Assembly (NCBI RefSeq): GCF_000143415.4
Contig: NW_003314301.1
Span: 1,170,981 to 1,234,980 of the forward strand
Source of the DNA: Selaginella moellendorffii
Lineage: Eukaryota; Plantae; Lycopodiophyta
Length of the DNA stretch: 64,000 bases
Reading direction: 5' to 3'
A program made the position numbers and the translations under genes. Below, piece by piece: positions 26,206 through 37,283 of this stretch (the first letter of the stretch is position 1; each line of letters starts with the position of its first letter). The notes under the pieces are model-generated. The model saw only the letters and a program-made list of their open reading frames with translations, was not told where the DNA came from and searched no databases.

Positions 26206-29200
26206 ATGGTAAGTCTTTTAGGCCAAGTAGAAAATGGCATGAGGCCACATGCCATTCAGTAGCAACATTGGCATGCACCGATTAGGCTCTCGAGTGCAGT
26301 CCGGTTACAGATGGCGTGTAGCCTCACGCCATCTTAGGATGCAACCTCAAGACATCTGATGCAGTGGTGAATAGCGTGTGGCCTCACGTTATTTCCAGCT
26401 GCTAGCTTTTCATCTGTCAGCTCTAATTGTTGTGCATTTCTGAACAGGCGAGGAATTGCGTTCTTCTTCCAGCCACTGTCAATGTGGATGCAGAGAAGGG
26501 GGAGGAGCTCACCAGTTGGACTTTCGGGATGGAAGGCGAGGATCTGAGGCTGTACAACACAGATGGTGGGAGAAAAGAATGCATGGGGATCCTCATCCAA
26601 GTGACAGACACTCCATGCAGTTCCATGCAAGAATATGGACTGGCACTTGTGGTAGAGACAGCGTCCGCCTTCAAGATCCACCTTGCACATCCTAGCGGCT
26701 TCCCGGAGGGGGGCAACGGCTATGAGGAATTCCTAGAGGGAGCTAGGGAGAGGTTGTCCAGGAGGCCCACAATTTCAAAGACGTTGCGGGTCTATGAAGA
26801 TCACATGGAATCCACGGACCTCACCTATGGCGATGTTCAAAAACTATATTCCAACATTGAGCCGTTGAGAGTGCCTCCAGTTCGCGAAGCGAAGGGGAAG
26901 GGGGTCGATCTGGAAACTACCCCGAAGCAGAAAAGGGTGGTCAAGCTCAAGCCGATGTCCGACTCTCTTGCTCCAAAAAAGAAGCTACTCGGTGATGCCA
27001 TTGCCTCGAGTTCGAACACTACACCCACCAAAAAGAAGAGCCGCAAAGAGCAGAAAAAGCAAGAAGAGGCAGCAAAAATCGTCGCAGATAATAGTACTTG
27101 TTACTATTCCAACAAAGTATATACAATCGACGTGAGCCGTATCGACATCCAAAGCAAATACAACCACAGGCTAGTATCTGATGAGTGGGTGGAGAAACTG
27201 AAGCAGAAGATGCTGGCAAGTCCAGTAACACCCGACATCGTAGACGTGATCCCCTACTACCGAACAATGAAGGGCGAGACGAGGTTTCCAGACTTGATCA
27301 ATAGGAAGGTGTTGGACGATCAGAACATCCGGTTCTATGCCGTCTCCGGGCAGCATTCTAGCTTGGCGATGCAAGAGATAGTTGTGGATATTATGGTGGG
27401 CGAGGAGGTGAAGAAAGTCTTCAAGACAAGAGTTGTCCGCCTGATAAAAGGCAACTCGCCCCTCCGATCTATCATATACATCTCCCACGCGCAGAATGTC
27501 AAGCAAGAAACATGCTACAAATCGGGTCTGCACGAGACATTGGCACGAACACAGAAGCTCTGGGTTCAACTGAAGAAGCCACAAAAACCAGGACAAGGAC
27601 GTGCACTAGCAACTAGCGTCTGGCAGGTAAGCCTCGTTGCATGTGGCATGTGGCCTCACGCTATTTCCATTGCAGGAATTCTCGAGTCTTCTCTCAAAAA
27701 CACTGGGGGTCAATGACACACTCAGCATCCATAACATTCTACTCGCGACAAAAGTTGTTTTTGACAAATGGGTAGATGTGCTGAGGAGGTACCATGACGG
27801 GGAGTTGCTAAACTCAATGGGTGTGGAGGACGGCCGGAAGCCCAATGATTTGAAGCTCAACGCCTTGCGTTTCTCGCGGTCTCTAGACGACGACGACCTT
27901 CTGACAGTGGCTAATGCTCTTCTACGTGGTGAGGTAATCTTCAACAAGACCAAAATGACTCCCGGCCATATTGTGACATACGAGGACTTGTGCACGAATC
28001 TGAGAGCTCGTGCGCTATTGAAGGATTGGATCTTCGAGCAAGTGGCCGTGGAGAGGGTGAGCATCGACACCACGCAAGAGATGATGGAAGCGCTGGAGTT
28101 GTCAAATGAAGACATCGACGAGTACGTGAAGGGGGCCCCCAAGTTCATCGATCTGCTGCAGGATGCCACGAAAAGTAAAGCTGAGAAGTTGGATCAGTAT
28201 CCAAATTTCATTAAGAGGGATGTCAACCGCCGGCTTCAGAAATAGCTCGACCCCGCAGCAGAGGCCTATCGAGAACCTTACCGGGTATACGTGAATTCGG
28301 ATGAGGATCAAAGGTGGAGGAGCATCGTTTCCCGCGGAGATGAGCAGGTCAAGAACATCTTTTGTGTGATGGACTTCACAAACGAGGAGATCACTCATGC
28401 AGACGAAGTCAGCTCCATCATTGACTTAATGGTGGGACTTGCGGAGGTGGAATCTTCAGTCCACTATATGATCTACGACTCCGAATCCTATCACAAGTTC
28501 TAGAAGGCCTTAAACGAGGTGAAGGCTCGGTTGAAAGGCAAGAAGATGCGGGAGATCCATGGGATAATGGCTAAGAAGAAGATACCGACGAATGTCCGCA
28601 TCTTCACAGTCGCCCTTGTTATTGGTCCTGCAGCAGAGTGGGACTGGAGTGACTTCCCAGCTTCGTTCGACAAGGCCGATCGAATTGATATGAGGGAGGT
28701 CAATTTACCCGTGCCTGAGGAACTGAAGATGGCTATGGAGCTTTCGAATCCAAAGAAAGCTTCAGGTGCAGCATGGGAAATGCTCAGCTGGGTCTTCAAC
28801 GCAATAGCGGGTGGGTCACCTGCTTCCGACTCCAAGGGCAAATGCGTTGTCGAGTACAATTGCGGCGGACTATTCTTTTGAGCCGCACTACTCAAGGGTG
28901 TCCCGTGTGTTGCGGTGACAAACTCCATTGAAGAGGTGACTTCAATGGAGCATATAATTACAGTTGCCAAAGAAAAACAGTATCTTCTCTGCGAACTTGG
29001 TGAGTATGCACTTTAAGTTTAAATGTTATCTCACAAGCTCTGTATGCAGGAGCGTGGCCACCCCCAGATGCTGAAACGGCGTTAACAGCTACTGTTGAAG
29101 ATACCCATGTTGGGCCGAGCTCACAACCTGCACAAGGTAAGGTCACGTGAGGCCTCACGCCATTTTGATTATAGATCGTTGTGAATATTCAGACACGAGG

Positions 29201-31822
29201 ACTGAAAAGCGCACTGGTGGCGCGTCGAAGAAGGACAAACAGACAAGCAATAGGAAAAAAGGAGGTACAAATTATATTTGCAATGGCGTGTGGTCTCATG
29301 CCATTCCTTGTAGGAGACACTTCTTCAAAGGCAAAACAGGCAAGCACCAGCCAAGCTCAAACTGACAGTGGTCATAAAAAGCGAAAGCACGTTGGACAGT
29401 CATCGGGATCATAGGCGTTTGATTTGAAAAGGAAGAAGGGCAACGAAAAGATGATAGGTAATGCCTCGCGGTTATGGCGTGTGTGCTCATGCCATTCATT
29501 GCAGATCAAGGGCTGAGTGAAAGTAGCCAGTCACCACCTCCTGACTCAGATTCCTATGGCAGACTCCCCTTCCCCAATCTCAATGGAGAGGTACAATGGA
29601 TGAGGGATGCTTTTCAAGTCAGGGCCACGTTTTTCTCATCTCGTCGTCTTCGAAGGGTGCAAGAACGTGCAGAAACCATGTTAAGACAATCGGGTGAGGA
29701 TACAGTCCTAGGTCACGCACTAAAACAGGCTATGGATGTCTTGTATTTTGAGATGGAGACTCGGCCAGATGATTTTCCCAATATGGTCCTGGAAGAACAA
29801 GCCATCCAGCCTAAGCAGCCTATGGAAGAAATGCAGGAGGGGGATGAGGAGCTAGAGAAAGATAATGAGCAGGAAGAGCAGAAGGACGAAGAGGAGGACA
29901 AAGAAGAGGAGGACGAAGAAGAGGAGGACGAAGAGGACTTGGATGGTCCTCACAATGGTGACGATCACAATAACGACGACGACGATGATGATGACGATGG
30001 CCAGCCTGAGGTGGCCAAAGAGCAGCGGAGGAAGGTCATACAAGACAAACCATCAGGTAAATAATAGTACATCCATTCCTAACCTTTTACCATTTCTAAC
30101 ATTGTCCATGTAGGTCGCAGAGCAAATGGTAAGTAGAGATTATTCAGTTGAATTTACAAACTCTAGCCTTTAGTGTCGAGGAAGGATAGTGCCAAGCAAG
30201 GGTCGAAACGTATGTCCAATCCTTCAGAATCAACAGTGCGCCCAAGTGATATCGGTCCTAGTTCCTCAATAGCAGTTGATGGTAAATATAGTATAGTCGA
30301 TTCAATGTGCTAATGAGTTTGTTTTTAGTAGCACGGGAGGATACCATCTCAATCGAAGGGAGATATTTGGACATGCATATAGATCCGCCAGTGGACTCTA
30401 CTTGCCTGCAAGAGTCATCAGAGCTGGTGGAGGCTACTATCCATATCAACGCCAAGCAAGCTGACCACGCTCCACTTGATGCTACCCATACCACTGAGTC
30501 AATCTTGTCCACGTATCCAACTGACGGTGACCAGGCGCCATTGGACCCGCATGAGGCCACCCCAGCCGTCGAGCCGATCGTATCCTCATTTCCAACGGAC
30601 TCAACGTGTGCCCAATCGTCTGACTACGCGCCGTTGGAACCTCCCTACACCACCCCTGCTGCCTATTCGGTCATGTCCACTTTGCCAACGGAGGCACCAG
30701 CTGAAATGGCGTGTGATCACACGCCATCGGAACCACCTCATGCCACTGTTGAGCCAGTTGTACCAGAGTCTACAGCTGAAATGGCATGTGCCCACACGCC
30801 ATCGGATGCGATTGACCCCACATTGCAGAGGAGAGTATTTCCACCCTTCACGTTTCCTCGACCAAAACCCTCTCAATGACCATCGGGAGCACCATTCGCT
30901 AATATTGTAAATGGTAAAATTGACTTGTACCATTTTTTATGCTGACGCATTTCATTTTAGAGTCACGGCGAAGGTACTGTATCGTTTTTGATCTGAACGG
31001 TGTCCTTTTCTCCCATGAGCGTGGCTCGTCCTCGAATGTCACTGCACCCTCCAAAGCCTGCGGTCGCAAGTTGGTCAAAAGAGACAGATTCACATTAATC
31101 ACACGGGAGAAACTGCGGGATCTAATAATGACCATGTGACACTTAAAACAGAGGGCCGGGTTCAATTTGCAATTGGGAGTTTGGACATCTATGATGCGCC
31201 ACAATGCATTAATGTTGCTACAGATGATGCACGATCAGACGCGAGTAATATTACCATTTGACTTTCTCCTAACGCAGAAGGATTGCTTAACTATGGTCCA
31301 TGTGAGGGGTAGCAAGCCCATCTTCGTCAAGCCAGAGGCTGTAGTGATGAACCGGACTGCTAGGTCAAGTGAAATCCTCATCATCAATGACTCGCCGATT
31401 AAAACTGCAGCGAACATGCACACATATGCAGTGCACCCCATCTCTTGCAGTATGGAAACTAAGGAGAAGAAACCGTATGTTCTGGGGATCTTGCAAAACG
31501 GCTTGGAGCGATGGTGATAGAGAACCGGCCAGTCCAGGAGGTGGCTGCAGAAATCAACCAAATGGCAGATGGAACGGTATATCAGAAGCTATTTGATCAG
31601 ACAGACACCAGTCATCATTTATGGCATGTATATTGTCTAGCCAAGCACTATCCGCATCTCCATAATCTGCTCAACCGGATGGGTTCTTCGACCACTGAAC
31701 ATGAGCGTGGACATATTAGAGAAGAGATGGCATTACTATTGGGTTTAAATCTTGATAGTGTGGAGAGTGATGAAATTCCAAGATTATTGTATAGGCGTTG
31801 GAGGCAAAAAATAACAGTCTGA
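26206..31822 (+). pseudogene. Transposon cargo gene of about 1,640 aa and 11 exons: ParB-like domain, degenerate beta-class DNA methyltransferase-like fold, acidic linker, FCP1/NIF-like HAD phosphatase
   Basis: GT-AG introns 26209-26447, 27627-27675, 29000-29049, 29137-29192, 29265-29313, 29458-29504, 30057-30113, 30129-30173, 30282-30328 and 30914-30960 join the ORFs in frame. Motifs IDVSRID..NHRLVSDEWVEKLK..FYAVSGQHS; GKCVVEYNCGG..AALLKGVPCVAV; IVFDLNGVL..LGVWTSM..LTQKDC..IINDSP. Six premature stops and a probable frameshift near 31514. Confidence 0.72.
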
Positions 31823-33179
31823 GATGGCATGTATTTATTTAAAAATGTAACTTATTATAGCATGGGGTTCCATGCCATTGTATTAATATTAAAAGACAAT
31901 TCTTTGAGAGGATTTGCATTATACTAGAAGTGTTACAGCATGTTATTGGAAGTCTACGAATTTGTTTTATTAATAAGGGGAAAGTAAAGATTGAATGGGG
32001 ACTTGGGCTCCACCTAGACTCAGAGCAACTGAGCCAATATTAAAAGGATGGAAAGAAATTGGACGACGATGACAAGGAGAAGAGAGAGGTGAAGCAATGG
32101 CATGGGGAGGAGAAGTGATTGAGTAGACATTTCCTTGTTTAAAATAAAATGGCATGTGCTTCAATGTAGTTAAATTTTGTTATATTTATATACTATATAA
32201 AGGTTTGGAAACCTTATTTTACAAGTGGGATAATGATAATTCCCACTTTAACGAAATAGAGCTTTAGTAGGGACAGTGGGTGGAATGCATGTTTGACCAC
32301 CTGAAATATTAGTTTAACTTTTGCTAGGCTGTGTCGCTCTTTGTTTTGTGTTCGGCTTGGGTCTAAACCTAAGCTCCATGTTGCTCTAGTTAGTGAGGTA
32401 CCCTCCTCCTTACGTTATTCCACCAGTATGCCAAAATTGTGCTAAACACCATCTAATACCATTTTGCATGTAAGTGCTAAATACAAGAAGTTGGTGCTCA
32501 TAGGATTAAGAGTGTACTACACCCTTGTTTCATAGCATAATGGGTTTGGAGTTTGTTTCCAAATTCATGTGCATTACAAAGGTGTAAACAATAGCCATTG
32601 CTTCTTTTTCCACATCCACATACTTCTTCTCAATCTCAAAATATGCTGTAATCATAGGAGTGTCCTCATCCTCAAATAAAGATGCTCAGAACACCACATC
32701 TGACAAACTTGTCTCTAGCAAGTCAGGCAAGAATGCTACTATCAAACTCAAAGCTATTGTCCCTTGCTCTCTCTACTTCTGATGCTCTGAGCATGTGACC
32801 TCTAATGCAAGAACTAAAGCCAAGTATTCTGCTAGTGAGGGGAGATCCTCCACTAAAATTGAGTCAAAGTCTAGGGCTGAATCTTCAATGCAATATACTT
32901 AGATCAATATCGGGGGCTCCATAATAGGAAATTCTGAATTCAAAGAGCTATAACTCGCAACACATCAAATTGGCTTGATTCTTTTTGCCAGCTGTTTGGC
33001 TGGATGTTACCCTTTATCTCCAAAAAATAGCATGACAAAATATGCTTAGAGTTGTGAGCTACAGCCATTTTAGTGGGAAGATGCTAGCTATGTGGGACCT
33101 TAGGCAGTTGCTGAAGAGAACTAAATTCAGTTGCATCTTGTGAAAGACAAATTTGGTCTAGAGTGACTATATCATTAAG

Positions 33180-34000
33180 CTCTATAAGAGAGAGTTGGTC
33201 CCACATATGAAACAAGTCAAGAAGCCCATCTTCAATTGGGCCAAAAAGCTGAATGTGGAAACTAACACTTTATAAGCCCCATCGTCAAATAAAGAGAGCA
33301 TGGCTAAAGGCATGGCCTTACTCTTAAATAAAGAGAGTGAGGCTGAGAGATACCTAGAGCTGTCTGATTTACCTCCATCCATGTCAATTCCATTGCATAA
33401 GAAAGCATCCATCACATAAATGGTCGACTCCATTGCCAACTTAGGGAAAATTTCTGTGAGCTTAGGAGGAAAGTGCAGTGTGGAGACCATCTTAACCTAA
33501 GCCTTTTGGGCATGCTAAGAGGAGCTTTACTATGGTTGTTGAGAAAGGTGTCATTATGGATTCCATCGCTAATTTCCATCTTGCCTTCTACGCTATCAAT
33601 AGTGAAATGGGTTGCGACTTGCCATAAGTGACTGAGGATGATAGAGTCTAAAGAGAATGTTCCAAGATGCTGGTAGTCAACCATGAGGAAATCTACCTCA
33701 GAAATAACACCCTACATTGAGACCTTGACACCACAACAAATGCTTGCTGAAAGAACAATATGATTGGCAAAGGTCTTGAGCATGATGGAGGAGCTCTCAG
33801 TGATCTGTAGCTGTGTTAAAAAGGCAGCTTCAAGAGAGATAATGTTACTCTCAAAACTGGAGTCAACCAAAGTATCCATCTTGCAAGAGGAAGTACCAAT
33901 TTGCACTGTGACAAAGAATGGACCAAGATCTCCACCATATCTTGTCATGTTGACAATGTGCACCTTTTGAGGAGTCCTACTAAGGGTGCTCTATAGTGTT
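33180..34000 (-). mobile_element. Degenerate retroelement gag-pol remnant with retropepsin-like protease
   Basis: GPFFVTVQIG..DTLVDSSFESNIIS resembles the retropepsin D(S/T)G motif region. Fragmented. Confidence 0.5.
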
Positions 34001-34719
34001 TTTGACCGTGCAAATTCCTCCAAACGTTGGCTGAATTGAGGGATAACGCACAACATTTCTTGGAGTGAAAAAGTGACAGGAGTGTCAACTAGCTATTGAA
34101 GAACTAACTCTAGAACATAAATAGCTGTTGGTGAGATCCCAAGAGGAGAGGAGAGTAGTGACTTAAAGGGAGCTTACAAGCCACTTGCTATATCACTGGA
34201 TTTGGTGCAGATAGAGATTCACTCTCAACCAATGTCAAGGGATCCACAATAGGCTGAGTGGCTGCCTTCTTCTTTGCATGGGGTTGAGTGGTTGCAATTT
34301 GCTACTGCTGTCTATATAGTTCCTTGGCTACCAAAATTGTGTTGACCAATGAGGCTAGTGTTTTGTCTTTGTTTGATGAAGGGGTTGCCTCGATTGCTTG
34401 TTGCTCCAATTGCTCCTGGTATGTCTCTGAACCACGAAATGGTATGGAGTTGTTAGCAAAGGGACGTTGCTAGACACATTAAGAAGGAAGAGGCTGAAAC
34501 TCTGAGTGAAGTTTAAGGTAACATTATATGTTGTGTATGTTCATTTTGTAGTGAGTGCACCAATAGGACTTGAATTGGCGTTCCCAAGTTGCAGCAGCCT
34601 CTTTCTTGGACTCCACAAGAAAGATGAGGAATATTCTAGGAATTGGAATATTCTCTCTCTCACTCTCACACTCTCTATGTGGCCACACCCTAATAGTGTT
34701 TAATAAATTTTTGATAATA

Positions 34720-36230
34720 ATTGCATAACCCCAAGAACATCTTTAATTTATATACGTTTGATGGTTGTTCCTATTCTTGGATTACTTAGACCTTCTTAGG
34801 GTCCACTTTGAACCTATATTTGCTCATAACATGCCTAAGAAACTTTACCTCTTGTTAAGCAAAATCACATTTGCTTTTTTTAGCATAAACCTTATGTTTC
34901 TTTAGTTTCTCAAACACCTTCATCAAGTGTTTGGCATACTCCTCCAACTTCTCTATATAGATTAGGATGTCGTCAATATAGACGAATATGAAGTAATCTA
35001 GATAGGGCATATATATGTAATTCATCAACACTAAGAACATTGCTAGCATATTGCATATCCCAAAGAGTGTCATTAGGAACTCATACCTCGTATAACAAGT
35101 TGTTTTCTTGACATTTTCCTTTATTACCTTAATTTGGTAGTATTTTAACCTTAAGTCAATTCTCAAAAAGTATTTTGCCTTTCCCAACTGATTGAACAGA
35201 TCATCAATCTTTGATAAAGGGTATTTGTTCTTTTTTGTATATTTGTTGGGCAACCGATAATCTATACACATGTGTATAGAGCCATCTTTCTTTTTCATAA
35301 ATAACACTAATGCCTCATATAGTGACTTGCTCAACTTAATATACTTTTTATCAACTATTTTAGCACCCTAGACCAACTCAATCTTATGTTTTATCAGTCA
35401 TGTAAGGGGTAACCCTATTAGTGATTAATTTAGCATGGTATCTCAAAATTGGTATAACACTTACTAAATCATTGAAGGCACTTTCTCTGTTCTTATCTTT
35501 TTGTCATTCCTCATTAAGAGTAAGCACAAAAAATGCTACTTTAGTTTCTTTGATAAATGGTCCTCTCAAAGACACTAGATTCAAGCATAAGTTTTTAGCC
35601 TTAAGCTGCCCTACCTTTAGATCCTAAGCCTTTACTTTGGATTGTTTTCCTTGAGCATTCGCTAATACCACCAGATTTCTACTTTATTCATGCAAAGCTA
35701 CCATAAATTAATGTCCAAACAATGAAATCCATGTCCTTACTTCAAATTTTATTTGTCAATCAATTCTTTAGTTACCTTGAACAATTCTGTAATCTTTAAT
35801 TCTCCCAGCTACTACACCATTAATTCGACTTGTTAAACTATGTCTACAGCCACAAAATTATCCAAAGCACCCATGTCAATAAAGATTTTAATAAAGCTAC
35901 ATTTGAGCTTCCCTCGGAGGGATATAGATATCACAAATGACTCTTTACTAAAGTTTTAGCCTTTTTTGGGTAGAGACATTCTCTCAAGAAGTGTCTCACT
36001 TCACTACAATTGAAGTATATGTTATTCATCATGTTGCTAGCAAATTTGGTTTTCTTATCGTTGGGTTTATCCCTCTTCACCTGACTCCCCTATATATTTA
36101 CTCTCTAGCCACTAGATCTACTTTTTTTAAATCTTGAGGATTCATTTTTAAAGAAACTCGCTACCTTAGCTATCTCCTAGCAATCTACTTATATCCTTCA
36201 CTAGAACTGAAGAAAAGGCTTTGATACTAA
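34720..36230 (-). mobile_element. Degenerate Ty3/gypsy element (protease-RT) with PBS-like end
   Basis: RT ORF 34855-35334 (KKKDGSIHMCIDYR, VYIDDILIY), protease-like IDMGALDNFV at about 35850, and a reverse-complement tRNA-Met PBS-like GCTTTGATACTA at about 36218-36229. Confidence 0.8.
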
Positions 36231-36675
36231 ATTATACGCAATAAATTTCCACTTGCCAATTTGTTAATTTACTTCATTTATCCAACCACCTTTGCCTTGG
36301 CTTTAGCAAATTTCCCTTGCTAAAGTTTTTGCTTATTGTATCAACTCCGATTTAATTTTATTTAGGTTTAACTACTTACTACATAAGCAACAAAGTGTTA
36401 ACTAACTCTTCAATTCTCAAACTCTCTCCCAATCCCCCTCCCCAGGTTAAGGTTCAGTGACACCCTCCATAAGCATAAGTAACCAAGCATACCAAGCCTT
36501 TAGGTTCTTAACATTCCATGGTATGCAAAGTTTAACCATGGACGGCATGGAGAGCTTCTTTCACAACATTTTTGCACGACCAAATGAAGAGAAGTTGGTG
36601 AGCATAGCTCAAGAACTCAATCAGGTAAAGGGAATCTTTTGCACTATGCAGGCTCACAAACTCCCAACACCAAAC

Positions 36676-37283
36676 ACCTGCTAAGAATCTTTCGAGTTAG
36701 TGCAGTAGTACTAACTCAATAATGCCCGCCTCACCAAAGAAAACATGGAGTTCAAGGCCTGGCTTCAAGTGCTTAAGATTGCCATTAAGAACTACACTCA
36801 CGACAAACTTGAGAACTACAAAGAAGAACTAGAGGCTAACAACACAACTGCCACTACCACCATAATGGAAGCTTGAGTCACAAGAGCTACCCAACTTTAG
36901 TCGTCGGAGAGTAGAGAGGTACATGCATTTTGCATTGTAATTTTTGCAAAGGCACTTCCTAAGTTAGGAATTTAGACCAAGAGAAATCCTAATCTCAATT
37001 TCTAACTTAGGAAATGCCTTTGCAAAAATCATGATGCAAAATGCATATACCTCTATTCTCCAATGACTAAAGTTGAGTAGCTCCTGCGGCTCAAGCTTCT
37101 ATTATGGTGGTAGTGGCAGTTGTGTTGTTAGCCTCTAGTTCTTCCTCGTAGTCTATTGCGAGTGTAGTTCTTAATGACAGTCTCAAGCACTTGAAGCCGG
37201 GTCTTGAGCTCCATGTTTTGTTTGGTGAGGCAAGCATTATCGAGTTGGTACTACTGTGCTAACTTGAAAGATTCTCGGCAGGT
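36676..37283. repeat. Long foldback inverted repeat (about 300-bp arms, 20-30-nt loop)
   Basis: 36676-about 36975 is the imperfect reverse complement of about 36995-37283, e.g. CACCAAAGAAAACATGGAG / CTCCATGTTTTGTTTGGTG and GGCACTTCCTAAGTTAG / CTAACTTAGGAAATGCC. Confidence 0.88.

Larger units (their letters stand above)
19543..31878. repeat. Dispersed 22-bp palindrome family ATGGCRTG-W-GGCC-W-CAYGCCAT (at least 24 copies)
   Basis: Copies start at about 19543, 19859, 19948, 20355, 20468, 20548, 20708, 20854, 22238, 23842, 23912, 24524, 24596, 25453, 26234, 26311, 26371, 27643, 29142, 29283, 29474, 30706, 30781 and 31857. None were noticed outside the TIRs. Confidence 0.9.
19317..32264. mobile_element. 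12.9-kb TIR DNA transposon (Sola-like) with cargo gene
   Basis: Perfect 24-bp TIR AAGCTCTATTTCGTTAAAGTGGGA at 19317-19340 and its reverse complement at 32241-32264. 4-bp TSD TAGT (19313-19316, 32265-32268). Removing the element restores the host LTR sequence TGTATAGTAGGGA. Confidence 0.92.
16192..32480 (+). repeat. 3' LTR of the plus-strand gypsy element, split by hAT and Sola-like insertions (pieces 16192-16709, 19246-19316, 32269-about 32480)
   Basis: PPT AAGGGGGGGAGAG sits just before the TG at 16192. The LTR sequence resumes collinearly after each insertion when compared with the copies at 4860-5150 and 63160-63400. Confidence 0.75.

Noticed and set aside
19543-31878. CRISPR-like array interpretation of the palindromes
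   Set aside because: Spacing is irregular (tens of bp to kb), the context is eukaryotic and there are no cas genes.
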